Assembly: GCA_963662545.2 (NCBI GenBank)
Contig: CAXXLL010000002.1
Location: forward strand, 1,952,001-2,016,000
Origin: Gammaproteobacteria bacterium
GTDB taxonomy: Bacteria; Pseudomonadota; Gammaproteobacteria; Ga0077536
Direction of reading: 5' to 3'
Length of the DNA stretch: 64,000 bases
Part shown: in pieces, positions 20,207 through 30,509 of the stretch
How positions within the stretch are numbered: the first letter of the stretch is position 1
Layout: each line of letters starts with the position of its first letter
Translations under genes and position numbers: made by a program
Notes under the pieces: generated by a model
Told to the model about the DNA's origin: nothing
Databases searched by the model: none
The model's input: the letters and a program-made list of their open reading frames with translations, nothing else

Positions 20207-22429
20207 TCAGTGTATGCGAGTATCCGCGGCTTGGCTTGGTGTGGCGGGCACCATGCGCGGATCGGGCGTGCGCTTGGTGATCCCTTCGACATCCACCAGC
20301 CGCTTGTCCGGTGTCTGCGCTGCAATCCAATCGCGCAGAATCCGGCCGGCTTCCGAGAGAACTACGTCGAAATTATCGTCGTCTTCCTTCGTCGCTTCAT
20401 CGTCGGAGTCGTCGTCGCCAGGATTTTCAGGCAAGGGATCGAGCCCGCGAGCAAGCCTGATCTGGTTCTCACGCGCCCGCTGCTCGACTCGTGCCTTGTG
20501 ATACTCCTTACGGCGCTCTGCTTCCACCAGGGACAACTCCCTCTTCGCCCGCGCATCCTTGATCGCCCGTTCGGTGGCCAGCAGCGCCTGAAACGCGGGG
20601 TCTTGCAGAATGCGCTGCTCGTGAAGATCGCGTACGCCATTGAGGGTATCGCGGACGACCTTTATCGGCTTGTATTTTGCGGGGTCAATCGACGCCCACG
20701 GCAGTGCGTTATCGAGCGAGCGTTCACCATGGTCTTGCAGGCTGATGATCGTCGGCAGGACGATATCGGGCAGTACACCGCGGTGCTGCGTGCTGCCACC
20801 GTCGATGCGGAAGAATTGGGCAATGGTCGCTTTCAGTTGGCCAAGCTTGCCGTTCATCGATCGGTCGTAACGGTTTAGATCGACCAGGTTTTGCACCGTT
20901 CCCTTGCCGAAAGTCGGTTCGCCGATGATGATTCCGCGCCGATAATCCTGAATGGCGCCCGCAAAAATTTCCGACGCTGAGGCACTGTTGCGGTCGACCA
21001 GAACGAGTAAGGGACCATCGTAGGAGGTTCCCCGATCACGATCCCGCTCGACTTGAATGCGCCCTTGCGAATCGCGTACCTGCACGACCGGCCCACGATC
21101 GATAAACAGACCAGTGAGTTCAGTTGCCTCGCTCAGCGAACCGCCGCCGTTACCGCGCAAATCGACGACCAGCCCCGCGATATCCTGCTGTTTGAGGTCC
21201 TCGATGATCCTGCGGGCGTCGCGCGTGGTACTGCGATAATTCTTGTCGCCGGCGCTGCGCGCTTCGAAGTCCATATAAAACGTGGGGATGTCGATCACGC
21301 CGATCCGAATCTCACCGATGATATCCGGGAATTCGAGGGTTGAACCCTTGGCCGCTTGCTCCTCGAGTTTGATGGTGTTGCGGGTTATCGAGATGATGTC
21401 GGTAGGACCGTCGAGTCCTACACCCTTAGGCAGTATTTCCAGGCGGACGACCGAACTCTTGGGTCCGCGAATCAGGTCGACCACGTCATCCAGACGCCAC
21501 CCGACCACGCCGATCACAGGACCATCGCTGTCCTGCCCGATACCAACGATGCGGTCGTCGGCGTGGAGTTTGTCGCTCAGATCCGCAGGTCCTCCGGGGA
21601 CGATTTCGCGCACGAGAGTCAGCTCGTTTTCATTCTGTAAAACCGCACCGATCCCCTCGAGTGACAAGCTCATGCGGATCTTGAAGTTCTCCGAGGTACG
21701 CGGCGAAAAATAAGTCGTATGTGGATCGATGGCCGTGGTATACGCGTTGATCAAGGTCTGGAATACGTCCTCATTGTTAAGCTGGGCGGTGCGGCGAAAC
21801 AGACCTGTGTAGCGCTTGCGGAGCGTGTCGATGAGTTCTTCCGGATCTTTGTTCGCCAGACGCAGTGACAGCACATCGTTTTTAACGCGTTTACGCCAAA
21901 TTTCGTCAAGCTCGGCGCGATCGGCAGGCCAGAGCGCGTCTTTGCGATCGAAATTGATTTTTTCGTCCCGTTCGAAGTCGAAATTCATATCCAGAATTTG
22001 CACTGCGTACTCGACCCGCTGCTGAAGTCGTTCGCGGAACCGAATGAAAATATCAAACAGCGGATTGAGGCTGGAACTTCGGAGATAATCATCAACGCGC
22101 GTAGCGTGGCGCTCGAACTCATCGATATCGGATTGCATAAAATAACTGCGCATCGGATCCAGCGTGTCGATATAGCGCTCGAGAATGGCGGCTGAGAGAT
22201 CATCGTCCAAGACCGCATTCTTATAATGGTAGTTGGAGATTACATGCGTGATCAGCCGTGTCGCCCGTCGGTGTTCCGGCAGGGGTTTCAGATCTTCGAG
22301 CGGAACGATCGGTGCAGTTGCGCTCGCGGCCCCCAACCAAAAGGCAATGAAAACCACGAACAGGGCGTTGACTGATCGTGGCATGCACGTCTTCGTCACG
22401 TATGATCCGGATTGAATCGTTTCAAACAT
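20207..22429 (-). CDS. prc: Carboxy-terminal processing (tail-specific) protease
   Basis: DPHTTYFSP, SLEGIGAVL PDZ, DLRGNGGGSL, SASASEIFAGAIQDY, TFGKGTVQ. Confidence 0.95.
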   Translation of the reverse strand: MFETIQSGSYVTKTCMPRSVNALFVVFIAFWLGAASATAPIVPLEDLKPLPEHRRATRLITHVISNYHYKNAVLDDDLSAAILERYIDTLDPMRSYFMQSDIDEFERHATRVDDYLRSSSLNPLFDIFIRFRERLQQRVEYAVQILDMNFDFERDEKINFDRKDALWPADRAELDEIWRKRVKNDVLSLRLANKDPEELIDTLRKRYTGLFRRTAQLNNEDVFQTLINAYTTAIDPHTTYFSPRTSENFKIRMSLSLEGIGAVLQNENELTLVREIVPGGPADLSDKLHADDRIVGIGQDSDGPVIGVVGWRLDDVVDLIRGPKSSVVRLEILPKGVGLDGPTDIISITRNTIKLEEQAAKGSTLEFPDIIGEIRIGVIDIPTFYMDFEARSAGDKNYRSTTRDARRIIEDLKQQDIAGLVVDLRGNGGGSLSEATELTGLFIDRGPVVQVRDSQGRIQVERDRDRGTSYDGPLLVLVDRNSASASEIFAGAIQDYRRGIIIGEPTFGKGTVQNLVDLNRYDRSMNGKLGQLKATIAQFFRIDGGSTQHRGVLPDIVLPTIISLQDHGERSLDNALPWASIDPAKYKPIKVVRDTLNGVRDLHEQRILQDPAFQALLATERAIKDARAKRELSLVEAERRKEYHKARVEQRARENQIRLARGLDPLPENPGDDDSDDEATKEDDDNFDVVLSEAGRILRDWIAAQTPDKRLVDVEGITKRTPDPRMVPATPSQAADTRIH

Positions 22430-22638
22430 TGTGTGGCTAGTGTAGCGTAAATCGCCTGGATTGAGTTTCCCGCCGGGCGACGCGTCATATTAACCCCTTT
22501 GGAACTTTACAATTCTTGACGATCGAAACCACTAGAAACGGAAATTCGCGGCCTCCTGAAATCTATTCGTTGCAAAGCGCGATCGTCGATCGCCGGCTGC
22601 TCGATCCATGATCAAGCCATCTTCTAATCACTGGCTCA

Positions 22639-23790
22639 ATGTTCGCCGCGGTGCCATTAATGCGTGAGATTCATGCCGATGAGCCATGGTTCATCAACAC
22701 CCTCGATGGCCTCGATGCGCTACGGGAACGGTTGACTACGGCGACCTTCATCGGCATTGACACGGAATTCGAACGTCGACGAACGTACTTCGCGGAGTTA
22801 TGCCTGGTGCAACTGGCCGTCGACGACGAGATGGTTTGTGTCGATCCAATAGCAATTGGAACGATCGCGCCGCTCGTCGAAGCGCTTGACGAATCCGCCA
22901 CCCCCAAAATTCTACATGCCGCCCGCCAGGATTTGGAAGTCCTAGCTCAGACAGGTGGCGCGTTGTTCGAACCGTTGCTCGATACGCAAATTGCCGCCGG
23001 CCTCGCCGGTTATTCCGAACAGATTGGATACGCTGACCTAACGGCCGAGCTGTTTGGAATCACGCTTGATAAGTCGCAAACGCGTACGGACTGGCGAAAG
23101 CGCCCGTTAAGTCCTGCGCAGATCGATTATGCAATCGACGATGTCCGCTACCTGAAACCGATTATGGAACGTTTGCAACCTCGCCTCATCGAGCTGGATC
23201 GACAAGCCTGGCTCGAAGAAGATTGTACGGCACTAACTCGACCTGAAATCTACGACGTTCCCGTCGAAGATGCGTGGCAACGGGTCAAGGGCATGGGGCA
23301 GCTCACGAACGACGTATTCGGCCGCGGTGTAGCGCTGGCCAGTTGGCGCGAAACGACGGCGCGTGAACGCAACCTGCCACGAAGGTGGATTATCAAGGAC
23401 AGTGAACTCGTCCGCATCGCTGCCAATCGACCGGCTAGCTTGCAGGATCTTCAGACGCAATGTGAACTGGGCCCGCCTGCCACGCGCCGTTACGGTGCTG
23501 AGCTGATCGCGATGGTCAATGCCCCGCTCGCTACCAGCGACATCTCGCGGCCGAGCATGCAGCAATACTCTGCCGTCGGGAAAAAGGCACTCAAATTGCT
23601 AGGCGCCCGGGTTGGCGAAATTGGACAGACACTCGGAATCGCGCCGTCGCTCATCATGACCCGCAAAGAAATGGAACGGATCGTCGGCGGTGAAATGCCC
23701 GCTCGCATCGCCAATGGCTGGCGAGGGGAAGTTGCGGGCGACGCGATCGCGGCAGTCCTCGAGATGACGCCCGGACTATCGCATGTGTGA
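22639..23790 (+). CDS. rnd: Ribonuclease D
   Basis: IDTEF.R.RTY, KILHAARQDLE, DTQIAA, TDWRKRPLS..QIDYA..DV, HRDC-like region. Confidence 0.93.
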   Translation: MFAAVPLMREIHADEPWFINTLDGLDALRERLTTATFIGIDTEFERRRTYFAELCLVQLAVDDEMVCVDPIAIGTIAPLVEALDESATPKILHAARQDLEVLAQTGGALFEPLLDTQIAAGLAGYSEQIGYADLTAELFGITLDKSQTRTDWRKRPLSPAQIDYAIDDVRYLKPIMERLQPRLIELDRQAWLEEDCTALTRPEIYDVPVEDAWQRVKGMGQLTNDVFGRGVALASWRETTARERNLPRRWIIKDSELVRIAANRPASLQDLQTQCELGPPATRRYGAELIAMVNAPLATSDISRPSMQQYSAVGKKALKLLGARVGEIGQTLGIAPSLIMTRKEMERIVGGEMPARIANGWRGEVAGDAIAAVLEMTPGLSHV

Positions 23791-24772
23791 AGTAATACAC
23801 CATGTCAGGCGCCGCGCCGAAGGCGCTACGTCAGGATCGGCTCCGCGGCGCTCTCGATCAGGGCTGTCGGCGGCCGCTATTATGGTCGTTGCTCCCATGG
23901 CGGTATGGGGCATTGAGATCGCGCCGATTTTCAGTAATGACCCCATCGTGCCGGCATGGCTCGGGCAGATTGTGGCCGAAGTCGTTATTTCCGCAGAGTC
24001 GATCGAGTCTTATGGTGTCATATTCACCGACGTCGAACTTCCATTTTGGTTTGATCGAGGTGTGGTTTCATCCCAAGATTCGCGCGTGAAACTGGGTGAG
24101 GGCGATCTGAAACTGGCGTTTCGGCATGACCCTGACGGGATCACGGCGATAAGCGGACGAGGACGGGATATCCACCTCGGCCGAATCGAGGTCTTCAACG
24201 AATACATCGACGGCTTGCCGGTAGATATCGCGTTTGATCTCGAGGGCATGGGCGACAGTACGCGTGAGATCGCAGCGTCGGCCGCAGGACATTTAAAGCT
24301 GAGGAACACGGCCGGTGGCGCCATCAAAAAGTTCGCCGGCGCAAAACGAAATCCTCTTGGGAAATTGTTGGCCGCGTTAAATCCATTTCGAACCAAAAAC
24401 TCGGCGACGCCGGTTGAATGCCTCGCCATCGAACTGCACGTCACCAATGGTGTCGGCGAGTCCGAACATGGATTCGAGCTGCAAACCCAGCGCATCAATG
24501 TAGTCGGAGGTGGGCGGATCGATCTCACTGACGAAACCCTGCAGCTCGTATTCAAGCCGGAGGCGCGCCAGGGCGTTAATCTGAGCAGTCTGGCCGCGGG
24601 CGACGTCGTCACCCTGAAGGGGTCGCTGGCGAGCCCGGAGGTGAAGATCATGACCGGGCGTGTGCTGGAGAAAGCATTCTCCCTGGGCGCTACGGTCGCA
24701 ACCCTAGGGGGATTGGCATCGCATGCATCCTTGTGCGCGAACGACGTACAGCCGCAACCTGCGTTACCCTAA
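23783..24772 (+). CDS. AsmA-like C-terminal-domain protein
   Basis: LNPF, T.VECL, GGGRIDL.DETL.L.FKP, KGSLASPEV; start uncertain. Confidence 0.65.
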   Translation: MCEVIHHVRRRAEGATSGSAPRRSRSGLSAAAIMVVAPMAVWGIEIAPIFSNDPIVPAWLGQIVAEVVISAESIESYGVIFTDVELPFWFDRGVVSSQDSRVKLGEGDLKLAFRHDPDGITAISGRGRDIHLGRIEVFNEYIDGLPVDIAFDLEGMGDSTREIAASAAGHLKLRNTAGGAIKKFAGAKRNPLGKLLAALNPFRTKNSATPVECLAIELHVTNGVGESEHGFELQTQRINVVGGGRIDLTDETLQLVFKPEARQGVNLSSLAAGDVVTLKGSLASPEVKIMTGRVLEKAFSLGATVATLGGLASHASLCANDVQPQPALP

Positions 24773-24869
24773 GAATCCCGGACATCTGGCGCACCTGTCC
24801 TCAGCCGGCATCCGCCGTCCTTTATGCAACAGGCGGGATAGGGTGCCGGATGAGGTGTCGCCCCGGAAT

Positions 24870-25148
24870 TCAGAGGTAGTTCGAAAATTCCTTTTCGAAG
24901 TTCGCGAACGACATCTGTATGACGTTGATGTCGAAGCTCGGCAGGATGTCGGACTTGGCTTCCCGCTCGAGAAGAAACCTGAATGCGGTTTCGACGCATT
25001 CAACATGCGTGATCTTGCTGTCAGTCAGCCGGCGGTAGGTATCGTCATTCAGTGTGACACGATGTTGTGTTTCTCCTGCGGAGTCGGAGACCACTACGTT
25101 GAACACCATCGAATCCTGTTCGTCAGTCTTTTGTTCGACTGCAATCAT
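24870..25148 (-). CDS. Conserved-looking small hypothetical protein
   Basis: 92-aa ORF, T.H.VTL...F.FLLERE...IL..FDI..I pattern; function unknown. Confidence 0.65.
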   Translation of the reverse strand: MIAVEQKTDEQDSMVFNVVVSDSAGETQHRVTLNDDTYRRLTDSKITHVECVETAFRFLLEREAKSDILPSFDINVIQMSFANFEKEFSNYL

Positions 25149-25299
25149 AGCGCGCGATTCCAGATTCCGATGGTTTAGAGTTTAACAGGATGGCAAAAAA
25201 ATGTGTGCCCATCATAATTAACCCTGCGACTTACGAGAACGCCCGACCCGGCGCGCGCCATCCATCATGAGCCCGGGCGTCGTGGCAGTTCGCCGCATG

Positions 25300-25980
25300 T
25301 CATTTGAGCACGTCGAGGAGTTCAATCTCGAACACGAGAGTCTCGTTGGGCCCGATCGCCGAACCCGCGCCGTTGATGCCGTAGGCCAGGTCTGGCGGAA
25401 TCGTGACCAACCACCGCGACCCTACCCGCATCAGCGGTAGGACTTCGCGCCATCCGCGGATCACTCCGTCGAGTCCGAAAGTGGTAGGTTCACCCCGCTT
25501 CTTCGAATTGTCGAATTCGCGCCCGTCGATCAATGCGCCGGAATAATGAACTGTGACCTTGTCCTTCGGCAATGGCTGGGCGCCGTCACCCTTACGCAGG
25601 ACCTCGTACTGAATACCGTTAGCCATGGTCGTAACGCCCTCTTTGGTCTTGTTTGTGGCCATGTATTTCTTCCCTTTCTGGAGATTCTGCCCAGCCAGTT
25701 CGTGCTTGAGTTCGCCCGCTTTTTGCGACTCCTTGCGCAAAGCCGCGGACATTTCCTCGGCGGGCAGTCTCGGTTGCGCCCCGTCAAGAGCGTCGCGCAT
25801 CGCCATGTATACGGCGTCTGGATCCAGGGGCGCACCCTGGCGCATTAGGCTTTGGGCAAAATTGATTCCAATTGCATAACTGTATTTTTCGGCGTCCGTT
25901 TCTAAAGACGTACCCACCGCCAACGTATCGGCGACCATCAACGCGAAACTGAAATAAAGCAGATATTTTCTCATGGCCAT
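25300..25980 (-). CDS. FKBP-type PPIase (FkpA/Mip-like) with signal peptide
   Basis: KYSYAIG, GIQYEVL, VHYSG.LIDG.EFDNS, GVIRGW, IPPDLAYG, LVFEIELL. Confidence 0.95.
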   Translation of the reverse strand: MAMRKYLLYFSFALMVADTLAVGTSLETDAEKYSYAIGINFAQSLMRQGAPLDPDAVYMAMRDALDGAQPRLPAEEMSAALRKESQKAGELKHELAGQNLQKGKKYMATNKTKEGVTTMANGIQYEVLRKGDGAQPLPKDKVTVHYSGALIDGREFDNSKKRGEPTTFGLDGVIRGWREVLPLMRVGSRWLVTIPPDLAYGINGAGSAIGPNETLVFEIELLDVLK

Positions 25981-26012
25981 TCCTTCACATATTTTACCCA
26001 TTTATTTTCTTC

Positions 26013-26650
26013 TCAGAGCGCGCCCAGCGCTTGAAGTTTGTCCCGTATGCGTTGCGCGAGATCGCGATATCCCGCCGCATTCGGATGCACGGCGTCTGCC
26101 TTGAGACCGTTGTCACCAAGTATTTCTGCGAGCGCATCGGCTTCGATCGGGACGCTCAGAGCTTGCGCCAATTCGACATAGAATTCGGCGGGACGCAACC
26201 AAAGACCGGGTTTAGGCACACCTAGCAACAGCACGGAAATGCCACGTTCGCGCGCCATCAAGATCATCTGCTCAAGGTTGTCACGCGCCAGATTCAGTCA
26301 AGGTTGTCACGCGCCAGATTCAAACCCTTCTTGCGAAGCATATCGTTGGCGCCGTGGCATAGTATGATCAACTTTGGTTTTACCGCGTCTAGCACGCCGC
26401 CCAGGCGGGCCAGACCCGCCGCAGATAACTCTCCCGGTAGGCCGGCGTTGACGACCTCGCGCCCGATCAGATTGGCGAGCAGGGCAGGATAGCTGTTTTC
26501 GGCATTCGCACCGGTGCCCCGGGTCAGACTGTTACCAAAGGCGAGAATGACGGCGTCGGCGTCCAAGCGTGGCAGGCTTAAGTCTTCGCCCGAGCAGCCG
26601 CCGAGTACGATTAGCGCCGGCAGCAAACCGTAAAGAATAAGTCGATTCAT
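26013..26650 (-). pseudogene. GDSL/SGNH arylesterase lipoprotein, split by a 26-bp tandem duplication
   Basis: Lipobox LGGC, FGNSLT, NAG.PGE, GAND in the first ORF; D.VHPN..GY in the second; 25-mer repeated at 26272-26296 and 26298-26322. Confidence 0.85.
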
Positions 26651-28431
26651 GGCAGATTTACCGCCGGGTAATACATCCCCAGCGCTCGGCGCTGCCAGAT
26701 TTCACCCGTGCGTTTGCGCTCTTCGACTGTCGAAAAGCGGTAATCGTACAGCAAAGCGCGCACGTAACGCGGTGGTTTTTCGGCGAATGGATTATGTCGA
26801 AGTAAAGCGGTGACATCGCGTGAATTCTGCAGCAAGCGCAGCAGAAAATTACCGAACCAGGGCGCGCGATCGGCTGTCGACAGCGCTGCGAACCACATCT
26901 GCCAGTCGAGCCTCGGTTGATGCGGAATATTCCAGCGCGGTGCGTACGAGAGATCACCGGGCTTATAACGAAACTCGTAGACAGCCCAATCGCGTCCGTC
27001 ATTCGATCCCTGCACTATGATCTCCGGCCGCGTCGTGGTCATCACTGCAAACAACCCGTAACCGTTGACGATACGAAACGGGATGAACGGGGAGAGAACC
27101 TGTGTCATCAGTTTCGGCATGTCGGAACGTACGAACGGACGCGCCAAGAAGTACATATTGTGCAACACGATGACGAAGACCGTGGCCGTCAGCAGCAACC
27201 GGACGGGTATGGCTGAGCGATGAGATTGCCGTACCGTGAATCCCTGCGATCGGCGGAACTGCTGATCGTCGATCAGGAACAGACACAAAGCGATCGTCAG
27301 GAAATTGAAGAAATTGTAATTTCCAGTTATCAAAATACCGATTTCGAGCAGAACGAAGCCGGCTGCGGCGAGCATGCGCGGCCTCCGCGCCATAAAAATC
27401 AGAAAGGGGAAGGCGAGTTCAACGACGAAGGTCGCGGTAATGCAGAAGCGATTAAACAAGGCGGGCAACTGGTGTGCATACCATGCTAGGGGTGTCGGTA
27501 AGGGCTGAGTTTCGTAGTGAAAATCAAGCGCAGACAACGCCGCCCAGCTCGGATCGCCGCTCAGCAGTTTCACGCAACCTGACAAGATCATGAATCGAAA
27601 CAGCAACAACCGGAACAACCATGGCACGATCGCGGTTCTCAACGGCAGAAAGACGGCGAGAAAACCCGCTTCGAGCAGCAGCAGGTCCCATTGGTAACCC
27701 ATGAACACCTGGCCGGCCGTAAACAGAGACAAATAAAGGAGGTAACACGCGATCAAAAGCGGGATTGGGAAAAACCCCGCCGCTATGACCAGCGCCGCCG
27801 CTGCGCCTGTCAGGCAGCCGGCAACGAGAATCGGATCGCCGTGGGCGACCCAGAAAACCGACGGATATCGCCACCAGGCTCCAGATGGCACGGCTAAGGT
27901 GATCGCATTGAAATATCGCTCGACCGGCAATATGCCGTCGCTACCGATCAATGCAGTGATCTGGAGCGCGAGCGAGACGAAGGCAACAAAGTAAACTAGG
28001 GCGATCGCGCGCACGAATATCGACGATGCCCTGTCGTATTGCGCGGGGTACCGCTCGCCCCCCCAAAAAAGGCGCACGGCGGAGTCCGCATAATCACGGC
28101 GGCGGGAGACGAAGGTATATCCCCATTCCGAGATGCGTGTGGCCAGACGGCTACGGCGAAGTAGCGCGGCGTAGATCCCGCAACCGCCATAAGAAAGGAT
28201 GCGAAAACTCGCGGCGGCGCCCGCGGAATAATGCCCGTCGGGCTCGATTAACTGCACCGCGCGCCGGCATTCTTGTGCGGTCAGACCGGGATGCTCCGCC
28301 AGTACTTCTTGATAGGGACGGTATTCGACCTTCGATCCGGTCAGGCGCTGCCAGTAGCGCACCCAGTAGGCGCAAAAACGGCAATCACCGTCATACAGGA
28401 GCCGTGGCTTCTGAGGGGCGCCGCGCTCCAT
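26647..28431 (-). CDS. DCC1-like thiol-disulfide domain fused to lipase maturation factor (LMF) domain
   Basis: YDGDCRFC at N-terminus; YQWDLLLLEAGF, SGCVKL.SGD, HYETQPLP, GNYNFFN, PHQPRLDWQMWFAAL. Confidence 0.92.
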   Translation of the reverse strand: MERGAPQKPRLLYDGDCRFCAYWVRYWQRLTGSKVEYRPYQEVLAEHPGLTAQECRRAVQLIEPDGHYSAGAAASFRILSYGGCGIYAALLRRSRLATRISEWGYTFVSRRRDYADSAVRLFWGGERYPAQYDRASSIFVRAIALVYFVAFVSLALQITALIGSDGILPVERYFNAITLAVPSGAWWRYPSVFWVAHGDPILVAGCLTGAAAALVIAAGFFPIPLLIACYLLYLSLFTAGQVFMGYQWDLLLLEAGFLAVFLPLRTAIVPWLFRLLLFRFMILSGCVKLLSGDPSWAALSALDFHYETQPLPTPLAWYAHQLPALFNRFCITATFVVELAFPFLIFMARRPRMLAAAGFVLLEIGILITGNYNFFNFLTIALCLFLIDDQQFRRSQGFTVRQSHRSAIPVRLLLTATVFVIVLHNMYFLARPFVRSDMPKLMTQVLSPFIPFRIVNGYGLFAVMTTTRPEIIVQGSNDGRDWAVYEFRYKPGDLSYAPRWNIPHQPRLDWQMWFAALSTADRAPWFGNFLLRLLQNSRDVTALLRHNPFAEKPPRYVRALLYDYRFSTVEERKRTGEIWQRRALGMYYPAVNLP

Positions 28432-28509
28432 CGATCATGCGTCCCGCGCCATACGCGCGATCTTAAAGCTTGAACTGGCACGTCGAAAGACTACGGCGCT
28501 ACAAAATAA

Positions 28510-28600
28510 AACCACAGAGATCACAGAGCACACCGAGGTAAGATAAAAACGACCATTACCATGCCCCATTTTATTGTCTTGCTCTGTGATCTCTGTGGTT
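28510..28600. repeat. Inverted-repeat element with 9-nt periodic arms, copy 1
   Basis: Perfect 21-bp IR AACCACAGAGATCACAGAGCA / TGCTCTGTGATCTCTGTGGTT; homolog at 54315-54415. Confidence 0.8.
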
Positions 28601-28641
28601 AATTTCGATGGTATTTGGACCATGGAGATTTTAGAACTAGT

Positions 28642-29673
28642 TTATGACGGGCGCTCCCGGCGCCTCGTCATCCCCCCCTTGCTTGAGGGCGCTTGCACGA
28701 AAATTCGTTTCGGCGGCAAGTATTGCCCTAGCCTTTCAAGCGTCCACGTCACCATGTCACCTATGGTGTCTTCCGTATATCCGAGGCTGCCGTTCCGCTC
28801 CACGAAGCGTCCTGCGTAAAGTGGTTCTTCCGGGTAGAGCCGAGTGATTGCCTTGGCGAAGGTGGACGGCATACGAAACGTGCCGACGGTCGCCGAATGA
28901 ATCGTGCTCCCATCGAGGCGCGAAAACACGGTGTCGATAAATTCTCCGTAAATACGCTCAAAATCTTCAATCAAGATCAATGGATCGAATCGAATGCCCA
29001 GTGGCCAGCCGCAATCCGCCAGTCGTTGCATCGCTTCGAGCCGCGCGTCGAGGTCCGGTGTCCTGTGTTCCAAGGTCGCGACGACCGGTTGTGGGCTAAG
29101 ACTGAACGCGCAAACCACGCGCGAATGCGCCTTCATGCCAATGAGCGAGCGAATCTGCGTGCTCTTGGTACGCAGTTCAAGCCAGGCGTTTTTCAACTTC
29201 GCGAAAGCAGGAACGAAATCTCCGACGAAGCCCGTCACTGGATCGAGTGCGAGGCTGTCGCAATCGTAACCCGAGAAGAACCAGACGTCTTCCCGTGTTT
29301 CCCCGCATACGCGCTCGATATCCGCAATGAAATCCTCGTAATTAACGAACAGCACATAGTGGGCCGAGCGAAACATCCCCTGCAGGAAACAGTAGCGGCA
29401 GTCATAGAGGCAATTGAGCATGTGCGAAAAATAATAGCCGCGGGCACCGTCAATGCCGTACCCCGCCGGAATGGGCAGCACGCGCCGGTTTATCTTTCGC
29501 GCGAGGATCAGCGCCGGCCGTGTTTTCTGCAATCGAAAATTCTGCTGACGTCGATTGAAGACTTCACCATAATGCCGGCACTCTACGATTCGCGCATTCT
29601 TAAACCTCGCGATGATCTCACGCGAACGCCTGTGCTTCGCGACGGCGTCTTCGACGTAAATCGTATCGATCAC
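28642..29673 (-). CDS. Spore photoproduct lyase-like radical SAM protein
   Basis: NCLYDCRYCFLQG CxxxCxxC, DSLALD, LELRTKS, FSLSP, G.RFDP. Confidence 0.85.
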   Translation of the reverse strand: MIDTIYVEDAVAKHRRSREIIARFKNARIVECRHYGEVFNRRQQNFRLQKTRPALILARKINRRVLPIPAGYGIDGARGYYFSHMLNCLYDCRYCFLQGMFRSAHYVLFVNYEDFIADIERVCGETREDVWFFSGYDCDSLALDPVTGFVGDFVPAFAKLKNAWLELRTKSTQIRSLIGMKAHSRVVCAFSLSPQPVVATLEHRTPDLDARLEAMQRLADCGWPLGIRFDPLILIEDFERIYGEFIDTVFSRLDGSTIHSATVGTFRMPSTFAKAITRLYPEEPLYAGRFVERNGSLGYTEDTIGDMVTWTLERLGQYLPPKRIFVQAPSSKGGMTRRRERPS

Positions 29674-29675
29674 GA

Positions 29676-30509
29676 TTACTCGGGCGCACGCACAAGCAGC
29701 GGCAGAGAATCGACGAAGGCTTTGAGATGAGCAAGCACTTCGCTGGCACTGCGACAGTCATTCAGATCCGATCCGAATCGGCCGGCTCCGTTCGTCAGCG
29801 CTGCATAGCGCTGCTGCAATCGGCGCAACTGCTCGGACTGGGAATGGGTGAATCGCCAGCGCTGAAGAATTCCTGCCAGGCGCCGTTGATCGGGCGGTGG
29901 CGGCAATAGTGCTGCGACGGTTCGAACACGCTCGACCAATGCCGTCAGACACACGATGCCACCTCGAATCAATGCCCTGACCTGCTCGCCGTTGATCATA
30001 TGAAGATCCGAGGCCTTATTATCAGACACGATTTTAAGAACGTGTACGAGTTCGCCATGGGTGAGCGCTACTGCCGCCGTGACGAACCCTGCCGCCTCCA
30101 TGTCACAGCACGCGTCACACGGGTAGGCCGTAACCGGGTGATCGTAGGTCGACACTGTGCCGGTGCGGCACGGGGCATTGAACAAGATAGTCGGGTAGTA
30201 CGAACGGCCCGCAGGCGGTGAGGTGACTTTTTCAGCCAGAACTGGCGTGCCCAGAGGCAGGTTTCGATGCCCCGCAATGCCGCAATTGATCCAGATGTCG
30301 CCACCCGAGGCACCGTCACGCCCGCCAAGGAATCCGACGGCAGCGGCACTTAGGAGAGTTCCCACGCCGGAAATGATCAAGCGTAGTCCTGCGCCCTCGT
30401 AGATCTCGAACGGCTCCGTAGAAACGCGACGCAGACCCAAGGCATTGCGGATCGGTGCGGCCTCGCTGCTCAGCGCCGTAACGATGTTTACCGTGGACAC
30501 AGCCGGCAT
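29676..30509 (-). CDS. Nucleoside phosphorylase/nucleosidase-fold protein
   Basis: VTAL..EA, SGVG, INCGIAG, DMEAAGF, KIVSDN; helical C-terminal extension. Confidence 0.8.
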   Translation of the reverse strand: MPAVSTVNIVTALSSEAAPIRNALGLRRVSTEPFEIYEGAGLRLIISGVGTLLSAAAVGFLGGRDGASGGDIWINCGIAGHRNLPLGTPVLAEKVTSPPAGRSYYPTILFNAPCRTGTVSTYDHPVTAYPCDACCDMEAAGFVTAAVALTHGELVHVLKIVSDNKASDLHMINGEQVRALIRGGIVCLTALVERVRTVAALLPPPPDQRRLAGILQRWRFTHSQSEQLRRLQQRYAALTNGAGRFGSDLNDCRSASEVLAHLKAFVDSLPLLVRAPE

